A stretch of 64,000 nucleotides of DNA from Octopus sinensis (Eukaryota), in assembly GCF_006345805.1 (NCBI RefSeq), contig NC_043019.1:6385360-6449359 (forward strand). The letters are read 5' to 3'. Position 1 is the stretch's first letter, and the number at the start of each line of letters is the position of its first letter. Below the pieces are notes generated by a model, which saw nothing but the letters and a program-made list of their open reading frames with translations, ran no database searches and was not told the DNA's origin. This document shows, piece after piece, positions 40,090 to 54,721 of this stretch. The translations under genes and the position numbers were made by a program.

Positions 40090-40444
40090 TAGTTAATGGT
40101 GCAATGCTTGAATCTGTGCGTCGTTTCCTGGGAATCGATTGAAGACATAGCTATTGGAGAAGTCCCTTGTACAGGGAATTGAGGCAAAATAGGAATTCAA
40201 TTTTGCCTGGGAAGGAGGTGGTGGTGCATGCAGCGAATAGCGGTGAGATTGAGTAATTTCATTTACAGTGTTTCGGGTAGAACGGAGGGAGGTGAGTGGA
40301 TTGGAGAAGGGAACGGCAGTTCAAAGAGGTGCTATTTATATCTATTCGTGTCAAAACAAAACTTTACTATTCCATGAATATCGAATAAAATCGATAAACT
40401 CAGTACTGAACTGGGGTGGGGGCGGGCATATGATTCACTTCTTG

Positions 40445-40464
40445 TGAGCTACTACTGCTGCGAT

Positions 40465-40527
<63 letters not shown>

Positions 40528-40582
40528 TAATAATAATAATAATAATACGACTACAATAATAATAATAATAATAATAATAATG

Positions 40583-40628
<46 letters not shown>

Positions 40629-40685
40629 TGATAATAATAATAATAATGATAATAATAATAATAATGATGATGATACAATAACAGC

Positions 40686-40738
<53 letters not shown>

Positions 40739-40779
40739 AATAACAGCAATAATAATAATAAAAACAGGAGGAAACACAA

Positions 40780-40854
<75 letters not shown>

Positions 40855-40905
40855 CAGCAGCAGCAGCAGCAGCACAGCAGCAGCAGCAGCAGCAGCAGCA
40901 GCAAG
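40445..40905. repeat. Compound trinucleotide array (GAT/AAT/TAG/CAG)
   Basis: Direct inspection. Confidence 0.95.
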
Positions 40906-41305
40906 AGTCGGTTTCTTTTGTTTTTCTTTCGCTTCCGAACATCTCGAACAATATCCATGAAACCAGGTGGGTTCAACAGGCTTATATAATAAAAGTGTTT
41001 GAGGGGAGGGGGAACAAGCAGAGCTTTGAAATTCCTAACAAACGACGACAGGAGAAGAAGCCTCGACAACACAACAATAAACAACACAGTCACAACAGTA
41101 ATCCTATTAATAAGAACGTGGTGAAAATAATACAGGTGATGTATACCGTTTCCATGCAAACTTGTCGCAGAACGAATATTTCGTTCTGCAACACAGCGTA
41201 ACGTTCAACAGGTGATATATGTGTGTGATGTGTATGAATTTATACAGCCGTATCTATCTATATACATATACATATTATACAAAAGTATGTATAAATAATA
41301 CGCAT

Positions 41306-41408
<103 letters not shown>

Positions 41409-41704
41409 TAATATATATATATAGGTTCTAATTTTGTAGTTATATATATATATATTATATATATATATATATAATATATATATATATATATCTATATATA
41501 TATAATATATATATATATAGGTAAGAAAGTTTTTTTAATTTGGGGTCCTTATGAAGTATTGGTAAATTCTGGGTGATGATGGTGAAGGCTTCTTTGTTTC
41601 TGGGGTTGTATGTGGATATGTAAGGTAGTATTATATATTTTCTAGTTTCAGCTCAGAGCTGCGGCCATGCTGATGCACCGCCGTTATATACATTATACAT
41701 AAAG

Positions 41705-41782
<78 letters not shown>

Positions 41783-41977
41783 GTTAATCCAAACATGACC
41801 AAAGAGAAAACACAACAACGCGAGGACATACATCATATTTCTATATGCTCTATCGTGCATATATATAGAGATAGAAACACAAAATAAGAAAATATACACA
41901 CGTATATATAAATGTGTGTTTACAGCTGTATCTATATAAATATGCGTATACATATTATGCAAAAGTATGTATATATG

Positions 41978-42068
<91 letters not shown>

Positions 42069-43373
42069 GGATATATATATATATATATATAAATACATAC
42101 ATATATTATACATATTCCAAGAGAGTTAGAGGTTGCGAATCCAACCAACTAAGGGATAATATCTATCCGATATACTGCTAGTAGAAAACTCGATTCTTAA
42201 TACACAAGTGATTTATCATCGCATGGTAATTACATTGCTGAATGTAATAAATGAGTGAGGGTAAGAAGTTGTTTTACCCTTAATTTATACAGCAATAAGA
42301 AAACGGAAGAGATCAAGGGGTGCTATTCATCAAAACTAAGCGATTTTTTCCGCTTGGACTTCACATGGATTTTTCTACGATATTCCACTTGATTGAATTC
42401 TAGATCTGAACATTTTTAGCAAATATCTTTCGTGGAACTGGAGGACACCGCCCTCTCAAAATTGAGCAGACACTGAACCTCGTTTCGCTAAATTGTACAA
42501 CAACGATCTTACGGGTTTTACAGTTAAAGGAGACATAACAAATTTTCTTTCTTTTTTTCTTACTTTTATTCAAACTTCCACCTTTAGCATCTAACTTCAC
42601 CTCGCATTTTTTTCGTGGATCTCTGGTACCAGCATCTTGCTCTTTCAATTTAAATTGACACTGTGATCAGAGGCTGTAGATTGTTTACAGACGAAACGTT
42701 TGTTATCAAATTCTGCTTTTACCGACATCTCCAATGTAATACACGACCGGTGCTGGTTTGTTTACGACCCCGTAACTTAGTGGTTCGGGATAAGAGTCCA
42801 GCAGAATAAGTACCAAGCTTATAAAACGTAAGTACTGGGGGCGATACATTCGACTAACAATTCTTCAAAGCTGTGCCCCAGCATGGCCGCAGTTTAATAA
42901 CTGAAACAAGTAAAAGATAAAGGACAAAAGATATGTGTGTGTGTGCATTTGTGTGTGCAAGTGTGTGTATTAAAGGTGTATGCCCATTGTTATTTGTTAT
43001 ACACACACGAACAGACAAACGCGCACACACTCATACTGCTCTTATATACACTCACATTCGCAACATTTCTGACGATAGTAAAAAGCGAAACAATAATCAC
43101 ACAGCGTACATGCTCAAAGGTAGATGAGATAAAATCACAAATACGACAATAACGACGACAGGAAAAGCAGGAACAGCAGCACCAACAATTGCAGCAGCAG
43201 CAGCAGCAGCGGCAGTAGAATTCCTCACTACAATAAACAATACCTAAAAGAAACGAAAGGAATTCGGTAAGCTAAATCTTGTGCCAATGAACTAACGATT
43301 TAAAGGAACAGAAAAACGTCATCTGGAGGGATTGTTCGAATGCGAGATAGATATTATTGATAGATAGATAGAC

Positions 43374-43449
<76 letters not shown>

Positions 43450-43567
43450 GGATGGATAGACAGACAGATAGATAGATAAATTGATAGATACATAGATAAA
43501 TAAATAAATAAATAGATATATATATGCATGTATAAGAATGCGTATCTATATGCAAGTGTTATGTTGC

Positions 43568-43618
<51 letters not shown>

Positions 43619-43664
43619 ATATATATATATGTATCCATACATGCATATACATATATTATATATC

Positions 43665-43777
<113 letters not shown>

Positions 43778-44696
43778 CATATTTAAGCTTTACATCTATG
43801 AATGTATACACACACACATAAGTGTGTAATTATATTCATAATGTTTGCATATATGTGCATTAGGGCAAGCACACTAGTGTACGTGCCTTTGTGTGAGGGT
43901 GTACGTGCGTGAATGCAAACGCATGCGCGTTTGTACGTTGTGTTCGTACGAATGTGTATACATATAAATCTATATATATATATATACATACACAAATACA
44001 TACATACTTTTCTTTAATAGAGTATGAAGTATCATGGTGTCATTAAAGAATTAAAGAAGATATTGTTCCAAGGGAAATACTGAACAAGCGTGTAAGTTTG
44101 TGTGCAGATGTTGCTGTTATCATTGCTGTTGATATGTACACATACAGCGATATATATGTGTGTGTGTATATATATGTGTGTGTGTGTAGATATATATGTA
44201 CATATACGTATGCGTGTGCTTTTTTTGTCTGTATCTGTTTCTGTGTATACACATACACATATAGCTACGTACAATCTAAGAGTTAATCATATATATATCT
44301 ATATATAGATGTATGTATATATATATCCAACAATGAAAGGCTCACATTGTATATTGTTTTCCCGGTCTCACAATAGCCATGTATTTCCATTTAAACACAC
44401 GTAATAACAGCTTCGGCCAGAGATAATGAATACACATACACAAACACACACATGCATATATATACATATATATATATGCTTTTGTGTATATATATATATA
44501 TATATATATATCCATACATATAGATAGATATTTGTGCCTGTATCCGTGTCTGTGTATGCACGTGAGTACGTACGTGTGTGTAATCATGTATTATCTCAAA
44601 ACGATCTTTCACTTTTGTGTTTTTAGGAGCAAATATATTCGGGTTTCTGGATATAGGGAAGCAAACTTCTCGCAAACACAAACTGAAACACACACT

Positions 44697-44730
<34 letters not shown>

Positions 44731-44999
44731 AACACACACATACACAAGCACACACATACACACACACCGTACACTGACACGCTTATAAAGGCTCACTCGC
44801 ATTCATATACACGCAACGAAACAATTCACCTCGTAAATATCGATATGCGGGGGAGGGGCAAGTGCGTGCGTGCGTGCGTGCGTGCTAGCGTGCGTGCTAG
44901 CGTGCAAGGCTATAGTAGAAAACACTTACCCAAGGCTCAAAACAGTGGGACTGAAATCAGAACCATGTGGTTACGAAGCAACCACACAGCCAGGCCATT

Positions 45000-45498
45000 A
45001 TATTTTTAATCAACCAAATATGAACCATTTTGTTGCACAATGCGTCTCCATCTTTCCTTTAATTTGAAAATACCCTCTTTCCAGAATTGAGGTGGTTTCA
45101 TGGCAAAGAATTCATCAATGTATCTTTTCACGTCATCCAAGTAATTGAAATTTTTACCATTAAGACTATTCTGCAGAGACCTGAATAAGTGGAGATCCGA
45201 AGGAGCAATATCTGGTAAATATGGAGGGTGGGGTAACACATCTCAACCGAGCTGCAGCATTTTTTGTCTGGTTTCCAAAGCATCAAGTGTTGAAAATGAA
45301 CTTTCTTATCTTCCATTTTAAAGGGTTACAGAATTAACACAGATTCTAGGAACATAAATCTTCTTCCACGAAAAGATAGCTTAAACTGTACTCTAAATGG
45401 AGGTGTAGTCTAATCCTATTATATGGACTCAACCATGTTCTAAAATAAGCCGAAAGGTAAGCTACTATAAATCGGCACGAACTTTCCGGACAGCCGAA
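45000..45498 (-). mobile_element. Internally deleted mariner (second subfamily); 3' TIR lost
   Basis: 5' TIR TA|TTCGGCTGTCCGGAAAGTTCGTGCCGATTT. N-terminus MEDKKVHFQHLML is joined to a C-terminal fragment. Confidence 0.85.
45006..45316 (-). pseudogene. Mariner transposase remnant
   Basis: LPHPPYLPDIAPSDLHLFRSLQNSLNGKNF...GIFKLKERWRRIVQQNGSYLVD (YSPDLAPSD motif). Confidence 0.9.
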
Positions 45499-47379
45499 TA
45501 TTTTCTTGATATCTATATATGCTATGTGAAAGTATAAATATTTAATGCAAATATTTAAACCTATTCTTTCACGGCTGGTTTGAACCACTGAAATCCTTTA
45601 TTTGTATCTTTTGTCTTCCATCAAATTCGCTTACCATTTTCAGGTGTTCATTCAATAGTGGTGAACTCCAGTTCATTTAAAAGGTGAATCATATTGTATT
45701 TGAACCGACCGTTTGTTTTGAACGATTGTTTCCTTTTGTACTGGCCAGCCATAATAGATATATGATAATAGATATTATATTTTCATCAGATATAGATATA
45801 TGATAAAACAGACGGCAGTGACACCAAGCAGGATTCATTATAAGGTTTCCTAAAGACATAAATAATAACAACAAGAAACAAACCAAAAATAAATAAATAT
45901 CAATGACAACAAAGCAAAAAGAAGAACAAAAGCAAGAATGTTTTCTTCTTTGATTTTTGTACACCAAAACAAAAAACATTGAACGATTTTCAACTTCCAT
46001 TAACCTCAATTTCAAGGCAATCTCTTTTCTTTGTATAATGACTGTGGTGCGCTGCTGCTGATGATGATGATGCTGATGATGAGGGCAATGGTGCTGGTGG
46101 TGTTGTGTGGTGGTGTTACTGATGATGATGTTAGTAAAAATAATAGCAAGGACAATAAAAGCAAAAATAATTGTTTCTATCCTTGGCACGAGGATAAAGA
46201 AAACGAGATAATGTAGAATATGCAGACTTGGGAATAGATGTCGAGAGAAAAGTGGAATATGAAGGCAAGAGTGGTTGGTGGAAATTGTGATTGGAACACA
46301 TGGGTGGGCGACGGAAAGTCTTCAGAAACTCTTTGACACATTTGGAATCTGTCCCAACATTACCACAATGCAAAAATCCAATACTACTGGGAACAGCAAA
46401 TATCCTGCAGAAAGCACTGTTTCAGGTTAAATAGTCAATTAAAATGATCCAGTGTCAACAAGTTCATCGTTGTGCAAATGAACGAATAAGAATGTGAATT
46501 CTTTCTGTATTTGGCAGAGAGCCTGAATTTTTGTTGGGGCCGGGATAGTCGATACCGTTGACTCCAGTTCTTGACTGGTACGTTATATTTATAAATCCGG
46601 ACAGAATTGCAGGCAAAGTCGACCTCGACGGAATTTGAACTTAGAAAAGTAAAACCAGAAGAAAAATGCCGCTAAACATTTGCTTCTCGACCATATAGTG
46701 AAGCAAATATCATACAACACAGTCACGCCCGCGCCTATATATAAAGGTTTGTTTTCTTGGTGACTTCCTGTACTTCCTTCCTCTGGTGTGTTAAGGAAAA
46801 CTGTTCTGCCATTGCTTGTTAAGTGCGCTTTGGCTTCACTTAACACTTTTACTGTCAAATCAACTTTTCTCATTTTATGAAAAGTTTGTGCAAAACCGAT
46901 CCCATTCTCCGTAGAAATAAGAACGGTCGCTGTTACCGTTTTATTAAGGTTTGTGTTGGTGGTGCAGATGGCGAAGGTTGTGTTAGAGATGGTGGTGAGA
47001 GTCGTTCCTGCGTTATTGTTGCTGCTGTTATTGTTGTTGTTGTTGTTGTTGTTGTTTCTTCTGCTGCTTCTCTCTGTTCTTCATTTCTCGAATACAGCAA
47101 ATAATGATCTGAAAAAAATGTCATAACGATGGTTCCAACAGCTATGACTTCCCTCGAGTTTGGAAGCTATATTGAATTTTTTTTCAGTTTTAAAATATTA
47201 AGCTTTCAATTTTGAATCTCAAAATTTCGCCCTTAACAGGCAATTTCTCGCCAGACCAGCTTGCGGCAAGTGATGCGAGCTTGTTTATTTAGTAAACAAC
47301 TCAACAAAATTTGAATCACCAACTAATAAAACTTATGAACAACCGTGCATTCCTTCAAAGTACAATTAAGAATATTTTA

Positions 47380-47751
47380 ATTCTGCGGTCATGCTGGGAT
47401 ACCGCGTTCAAGAGATTTTAGTTGAACGCATCGATACTAGGTCTTTTTTTGAAGACTGACATTTATTCGATCGATCATTTTTGCCGAACCACTAAGCTAC
47501 GGGGACATAAACAAACCAACACCGGTTGTCAAGCGATGGTGGGGACAATACAAACATATAAACACACACACACATATTTATTTATATACGACAGGCATAT
47601 TTCAGTTTCCATCTATCAAATTCACTCACAAGGCTTCAGCTGACCTGAGGCTATAGTAGAAGACACTTGCCCAAGGTGCCACGCAGTGGGACTGAACCCG
47701 GAACCATGTGGCTGGGAAGCAAACTTCTTAGCAAATAACCACGCCTGCGCC
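47380..47751 (-). mobile_element. SINE family A
   Basis: Head, body and tail similarity. Confidence 0.75.
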
Positions 47752-48030
47752 AATAATGTACGGAGATTCATAAAAATTAATAAAAATTAATAAAAATTAA
47801 TAAATAGATATCATGAACAGAAAAATAAATAAAAATCGAACAAGTTTATAAATACTGTCGTTATATATAAATCGGCTATATAAATCGACAGTATTTATAT
47901 TGACAGTATTTATATTGATTTATAAACGTGTTCGATTTTTATTTATTTTTCTGTTCATGATATCTATTTAGTAATTTTTATTAATTTTTATTAATTTTTA
48001 TGAATCTCTGTACATTATTGGTGCAGGCGT
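47741..48030. repeat. Fold-back inverted duplication, ~110-bp arms
   Basis: ACGCCTGCGCCAATAATGTAC...GTACATTATTGGTGCAGGCGT. Confidence 0.85.
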
Positions 48031-48139
48031 ATAAATCGACACTATTTATATTGAAAATATTGTATAGCAAATAACCAAGACATATGAGATCACCAAAACG
48101 ATAACTTCACGACACCGATAACAAGATAAAAACATGAAA

Positions 48140-48391
48140 ATGTTACAAGGACGTAAACTCACCAGCACCGGCTGTCAAGCGGTGGTAGAAGGAAAAAGAT
48201 ACAAAGACACACGCATGCAGTGACACACGACGGGTTTCTTACAGTTTTCATCAACGAAATCCACTCACAACGCTTTGGTCAGCCCAAGACTATAGTAGAA
48301 GACACTTGGTCAAAGTGATAAACTGTAGGACTGAACCCGGAACTATGAGGTTGGGAGAGAAACTTTTTGCCTTACAGCAACGCCTGCGCCT
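48140..48391 (-). mobile_element. Diverged SINE family A
   Basis: Head and body similarity. Confidence 0.65.
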
Positions 48392-48482
48392 ATATGCATG
48401 CATACATACATATATGTATAAATGTGTGTGTGTATGTGTGTACATATATATTTGCATATACATCTACAAACAGTCACACACA

Positions 48483-48520
<38 letters not shown>

Positions 48521-48522
<2 letters not shown>

Positions 48523-50534
48523 ACGGGAAGCTTTATGAAAATAAACAAAAGACGAAGGCAGGTGGAAAACAAACGAACAATTGTATTAGTATGGCGCTCA
48601 GGAAATATAAATAAAACAAGTCTTTAACGTTTCGAGCCTACGCTCTTCAACAGAAAGATACACAGAGAGAGAAAAACACAGAAAGAAGGAGAGAAAAAAA
48701 ATGCGTGCAGTAGCTAACGAATCAACATGGCGATATATATACATACAATCGTAAGTGTGAATGGGTATGCGGGGTGGGACGTACGTGCGTACACTATCAT
48801 CTGTGTTTTAATGTTACATTCTATGTACAACAGGTTTGAATGATTCCCTGCCAGTGAATAAGCTTAGATATAAGTCACGTTTCCTAATGCTGTTATGTAA
48901 TTCTGAGAATTATTCGGTGTTTTGTTTTTTTTGTTTTTTTTTTCCCCAGAACTTATAAATATTCTTTGCAGTCTAAACCATATTTATCATAACATCATTA
49001 AAATAAGCTTTCGGTGAGCTACAGTTCCACGAAAAACTTCGTTACATCTACAACTGGTATAAACAGATGAAACTTTTTCCATTTCCAAGCAAGCAAAACA
49101 CTTCTCTGTGCAACTAGAAGAAGCCTAACATTGGCCAACAGCATGTATTTCTAAAGCAGTCTTTTATCGAACTTCTTGCAAATAACACTGAAATAAAGTT
49201 TGTATAAAGCTTATTGAAAATCATTTTAAGAAAGATTTTTGCAACATACGTATACGTTCTGATACTCAACCAGACACCTAACATTTCCATTTCCCGAATA
49301 CATGTGATGAGCAAGGGATGATAATTTCAAAAGACGTCATTTACTGCACAGTCAATGACATCTTCGACTAGATTGGTTGCAGTATCCAATGTACCTTGGA
49401 TCTGGGGTCATGTTTACCATCCAAGAGAGTTGAAATGCAGACAATTGCACAGAATGTGGCAACAGAGGAGTATCCAGGAGTTGATTCAATACATACATAC
49501 ATACGTAGCTACATATATATATATATATATAATATATATATAACGGGAAGCTTTATGAAAATAAACAAAAGACGAAGGCAGGTGGAAAACAAACGAACAA
49601 TTGTATTAGTATGGCGCTCAGGAAATATAAATAAAACAAGTCTTTAACGTTTCGAGCCTACGCTCTTCAACAGAAAGATACACAGAGAGAGAGAAAAACA
49701 CAGAAAGAAGGAGAGAAAAAAAATGCGTGCAGTAGCTAACGAATCAACATGGCGATATATATACATACAATCATAAGTGTGAAGGGGTATGCGGGGTGGG
49801 ACGTACGTGCGTACACTATCATCTGTGTTTTAATGTTACATTCTATGTACAACAAGTTTGAATGATTCCCTCCCAGTGAATAAGCTTAGATATAAGTCAC
49901 GTTTCCTAATGCTGTTATGTAATTCTGAGAATTATTCGGTGTTTTTTTTTTTTTGTTTTTTTTTTCCCCAGAACTTATAAATATTCTTTGCAGTCTAAAC
50001 CATATTTATCATAACATCATTATAAATAAGCTTTCGGTGAGCTACAGTTCCACGAAAAACTTCGTTACATCTACAACTGGTATAAACAGATGAAACTTTT
50101 TCCATTTCCAAGCAAGCAAAACACTTCTCTGTGCAACTAGAAGAAGCCTAACATTGGCCAACAGCATGTATTTCTAAAGCAGTCTTTTATCGAACTTCTT
50201 GCAAATAACACTGAAATAAAAGTTTGTATAAAGCTTATTGAAAATCATTTTAAGAAAGATTTTTGCAACATACGTATACGTTCTGATACTCAACCAGACA
50301 CCTAACATTTCCATTTCCCGAATACATGTGATGAGCAAGGGATGATAATTTCAAAAGACGTCATTTACTGCACAGTCAATTGACATCTTCGACTAGATTG
50401 GTTGCAGTATCCAATGTACCTTGGATCTGGGGTCATGTTTACCATCCAAGAGAGTTGAAATGCAGACAATTGCACAGAATGTGGCAACAGAGGAGTATCC
50501 AGGAGTTGATTCAATACATACATACATACGTAGC

Positions 50535-50570
<36 letters not shown>
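48521..50570. repeat. Tandem duplication, 2 x ~1020 bp, bounded by (TA)n
   Basis: TAACGGGAAGCTTTATG at 48521 and 49541; the units are near-identical. Confidence 0.95.
48621..48658 (-). ncRNA. Variant minimal hammerhead motif (core CUGUUGA)
   Basis: Minus strand: tcttt-CTGTTGA-a-gagc(gtag)gctc-GAAA-cg-TT-aaaga. An identical copy lies at 49641-49678. Confidence 0.5.
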
Positions 50571-50573
<3 letters not shown>

Positions 50574-51819
50574 TCGTAAATAATATTAGGGTAATAAGCC
50601 TCTTAATGTGTTTTAATGTACAGGATATCTTATATATATATATATATATGTATACTTCTAATATAGGATAAAAATTTTCAAAAGAAGTTCATCAAACTGG
50701 CAGCATATTAAGATACCTTTAAAGGTGAAAATTATAAACAAGTGCAAAAGAAAAAAGATTTTTATGTCAATATGCTGGGGACAAACTTTAAATCGTCAAT
50801 TACCACATTTCAATTTACATTCACTATAAATACACGCCGTGCTGAAATCGAGGAAGGCAAGCTAACAGAATTTTTTTTTTTAATTCTTTATCTCTATTGT
50901 AAATCAATTTCGGGATTAATCCTACGAAGTTTTCCCTCTTCAGTAGAGACTACGATAAGAGATAAATGAAATACTTACAAGCACCCATGGAAAAAAGCAG
51001 AAGCAAGAGTCATGTGTACACATAAGTACCCCAGTTATATTTAAATGTAAAATCCTTTAGCAAGCGTCAGCACACGTGTGACTGGTCACGAAACGCAACT
51101 TATAGTGGTTACCAGTCCCGAAGTGAATGGTAATAAATTTACTTCTAATATTTTTTATTATAGTATTTTAGCGTTTTATGGGGTGGGGTTTGCAGCACTA
51201 CTCCTTGTCCCTTTTTGAAATTTGAATAAATCTCATTTCCATTCAGACATATAATGATGAAGTGCGAGGAAGAAGTAAGAAAAAAAAAGGAATGAATTTA
51301 TCAGGGAACCAAATATATAACAAGAGGCTCGGACGAAGACACTTTGGCTCGAAGACAACAAACGGAGTAGAGTCACTTTGATTGCGTAACTAGAAACTCT
51401 GACTAAATTCATTGTGTATGAAGACGCGTCACTGACACTATGGCTTAGAAGAGACGTCTAAATAACACTTGGTATATAAATTTGACGTCAAAAATACTCT
51501 GGCTATATAATGAACAAGACGTATCTGAAAGACTCTTCCTATATAAATAACAAGACGTGTCTAAAATACACTAACTATATAACTAAGAAGACGTCTCTAA
51601 AGGCGGTGGATTTGTATTCAACATTAAATTCATTTAAAAGCCATTCATATTTTTATATACTTCTTCATCAAAAACTATTTCGTATTTTCACTCAAGTTAT
51701 TATTTTCTATAGCATAATTATTTTTCTGGATATTTTATATTATATTTTATTACAACTTCCTTATCAAATTATATTTTTTCTTTTAACACTCAGGCACCCA
51801 CACATACACACATATTATT

Positions 51820-51979
51820 ATTAATATTGTTGTTGTTGTTGTCATCGTTTTATTTTCAATGTTGTTATTGCCGTTGTTGTGGTGGTTATCATTATTATTA
51901 TTTTTATTATTATCATCATCATTATCATCATCATCATCATCATCATCATCAATATTATTATTATTATTATTATTATTAC

Positions 51980-52020
<41 letters not shown>

Positions 52021-52062
52021 TGATCATCATTATCATCAACATCATCATTATTATTATTATTA

Positions 52063-52129
<67 letters not shown>

Positions 52130-52251
52130 CACCATTATCATTATCATTATTATTATCATCATCATCATCATCATCATCATCATTATTATTATCATCATCA
52201 TCATCATCATGATCATCATCATTATTATTATCATCATCATCATCATTATTA

Positions 52252-52288
<37 letters not shown>

Positions 52289-52320
52289 CATTATTATTAT
52301 TATTATTATTGTTATTATTT
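51820..52320. repeat. Compound (TTA)/(TCA) trinucleotide array
   Basis: Direct inspection. Confidence 0.95.
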
Positions 52321-52578
52321 GGTACTATTTTGCTTAGCTTAGTTATGTAAATATAAGCCATCTTCAGACAATTTTTTGTTTTTTTTTTCAACATTTTCTT
52401 TTTTTTTAACACCGTCGTTACATCATTTCTATACGTTTTACTCTCTGACACGGATAACTTGTATATGATTATTTTTCTTCTTATATATTTCCTTCTTCTC
52501 CAACTCTAATTAAAAGATGTTCAAAGTCTGTGTGATATATATTTTCTTTTAACTTAAACTTCTTCTTTTCATTCTGTC

Positions 52579-52616
<38 letters not shown>

Positions 52617-52933
52617 CTCTTCCTTCCCCCTATCTGCCTCTGTTTCTCTTTCTCTACGCGTTGCATTGCGTTTTTCAACACGGTGAAGACACTTGAAGTG
52701 AAATCATCGATTTTAGTGGAATTTGATGCTATAATTCGTTTCACTAATAATTACATTATAGTTATACTTACGTATCAATTCCATTTACTTCTATCATTCA
52801 ATATTTGAACACTCAAAAATAAATATATTTTCCATATATTTTCTTTTCAGTGTACTTTGGTAACCCTTTCACTCGCACCGGTCTTTAACTTCTTCTTTCC
52901 ACGAAAATGAAACACATTATATCCATGCATACA

Positions 52934-52988
<55 letters not shown>

Positions 52989-53064
52989 ATATATATATAT
53001 ATATATATATACGTATATATATATGTATATATGTATTGTATGCATGGATATATATCTGTATATG

Positions 53065-53104
<40 letters not shown>

Positions 53105-53225
53105 ACGATTTAGGAGTGACCCCAACAGGTCACTCGTCCACCAGAAAAAGCAGCCATAACTCACACCGCCAAGTATTAGTAATTCAGAAATTAGGTGAAA
53201 ATTTAAAAACATTTACCCTAATTCA

Positions 53226-53327
53226 TCTTTTAGACGTTGCAACGTTTCTGTGTCATTAATGATTAAATTAGCTTAATTAAATTAAATTAAGCCAATCTAC
53301 CATAGGTTACACTTCATCAGTAAAAGA
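53226..53327 (-). ncRNA. Type I hammerhead ribozyme, copy 1
   Basis: tctttta-CTGATGA-agtgt...long hairpin...acaca-GAAA-cgttgcaacg-TC-taaaaga. Confidence 0.78.
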
Positions 53328-53700
53328 CCTGGGAGAGACAAATATACACGAGGCGTCTGTATCGATGCCTACGGGATATCTGACTTAAAATTTTTCAAGA
53401 CTGACGTATTCGCGCCAAACTTATCAACAGTAAATATAAACTGCCGATTCAATCTCAGAATTATTCAGAAAATTATCAATTAGTCAATTTAGGGTAGCAA
53501 AAAAATTCAATAGAAATTTATCGCAACCAGCGGCCTGGTGAAAAAGAGAAAATAGTCATCGACTAAATATATAAATATAACGATTTAGGAGTGACCCCAA
53601 CAGGTCACTCGTCCACCAGAAAAAGCAGCCATAACTCACACCGCCAAGTATTAGTAATTCAGAAATTAGGTGAAAATTTAAAAACATTTACCCTAATTCA

Positions 53701-53802
53701 TCTTTTAGACGTTGCAACGTTTCTGTGTCATTAATGATTAAATTAGCTTAATTAAATTAAATTAAGCCAATCTACCATAGGTTACACTTCATCAGTAAAA
53801 GA
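53701..53802 (-). ncRNA. Type I hammerhead ribozyme, copy 2
   Basis: Same motif as copy 1. Confidence 0.78.
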
Positions 53803-54181
53803 CCTGGGAGAGACAAATATACACGAGGCGTCTGTATCGATGCCTACGGGATATCTGACTTAAAATTTTTCAAGACTGACGTATTCGCGCCAAACTTATC
53901 AACAGTAAATATAAACTGCCGATTCAATCTCAGAATTATTCAGAAAATTATCAATTAGTCAATTTAGGGTAGCAAAAAAATTCAATAGAAATTTATCGCA
54001 ACCAGCGGCCTGGTGAAAAAGAGAAAATAGTCATCGACTAAATATATAATATATAACGATTTAGGAGTGACCCCAACAGGTCACTCGTCCACCAGAAAAA
54101 GCAGCCATAACTCACACCGCCAAGCCAAGTATTAGTAATTCAGAAATTAGGTGAAAATTTAAAAACATTTACCCTAATTCA

Positions 54182-54283
54182 TCTTTTAGACGTTGCAACG
54201 TTTCTGTGTCATTAATGATTAAATTAGCTTAATTAAATTAAATTAAGCCAATCTACCATAGGTTACACTTCATCAGTAAAAGA
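54182..54283 (-). ncRNA. Type I hammerhead ribozyme, copy 3
   Basis: Same motif as copy 1. Confidence 0.78.
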
Positions 54284-54620
54284 CCTGGGAGAGACAAATA
54301 TACACGAGGCGTCTGTATCGATGCCTACGGGATATCTGACTTAAAATTTTTCAAGACTGACGTATTCGTTATATTTATATATTTAGTCGATGACTATTTT
54401 CTCTTTTTCACCAGGCCGCTGGTTGCGATAAATTTCTATTGAATTTTTTTGCTACCCTAAATTGACTATTGATAATTTTCTGAATAATTCTGAGATTGAA
54501 TCGGCAGTTTATATTTACTGTTGATAAGTTTGGCGCGAATACGTCAGTCTTGAAAAATTTTAAGTCAGATATCCCGTAGGCATCGATACAGACGCCTCGT
54601 GTATATTTGTCTCTCCCAGG

Positions 54621-54721
54621 TCTTTTACTGATGAAGTGTAACCTATGGTAGATTGGCTAATTTAATTTAATTAAGCTAATTTAATCATTAATGACACAGA
54701 AACGTTGCAACGTCTAAAAGA
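54621..54721 (+). ncRNA. Type I hammerhead ribozyme, copy 4
   Basis: CTGATGA at 54628, GAAA at 54699, GTC ending at 54714; 7-bp stem I TCTTTTA/TAAAAGA. Confidence 0.78.

Noticed and set aside
42400-42648. 82-aa non-repetitive ORF as a host exon (likewise 27610-27840)
   Set aside because: No recognisable domain or convincing splice context.
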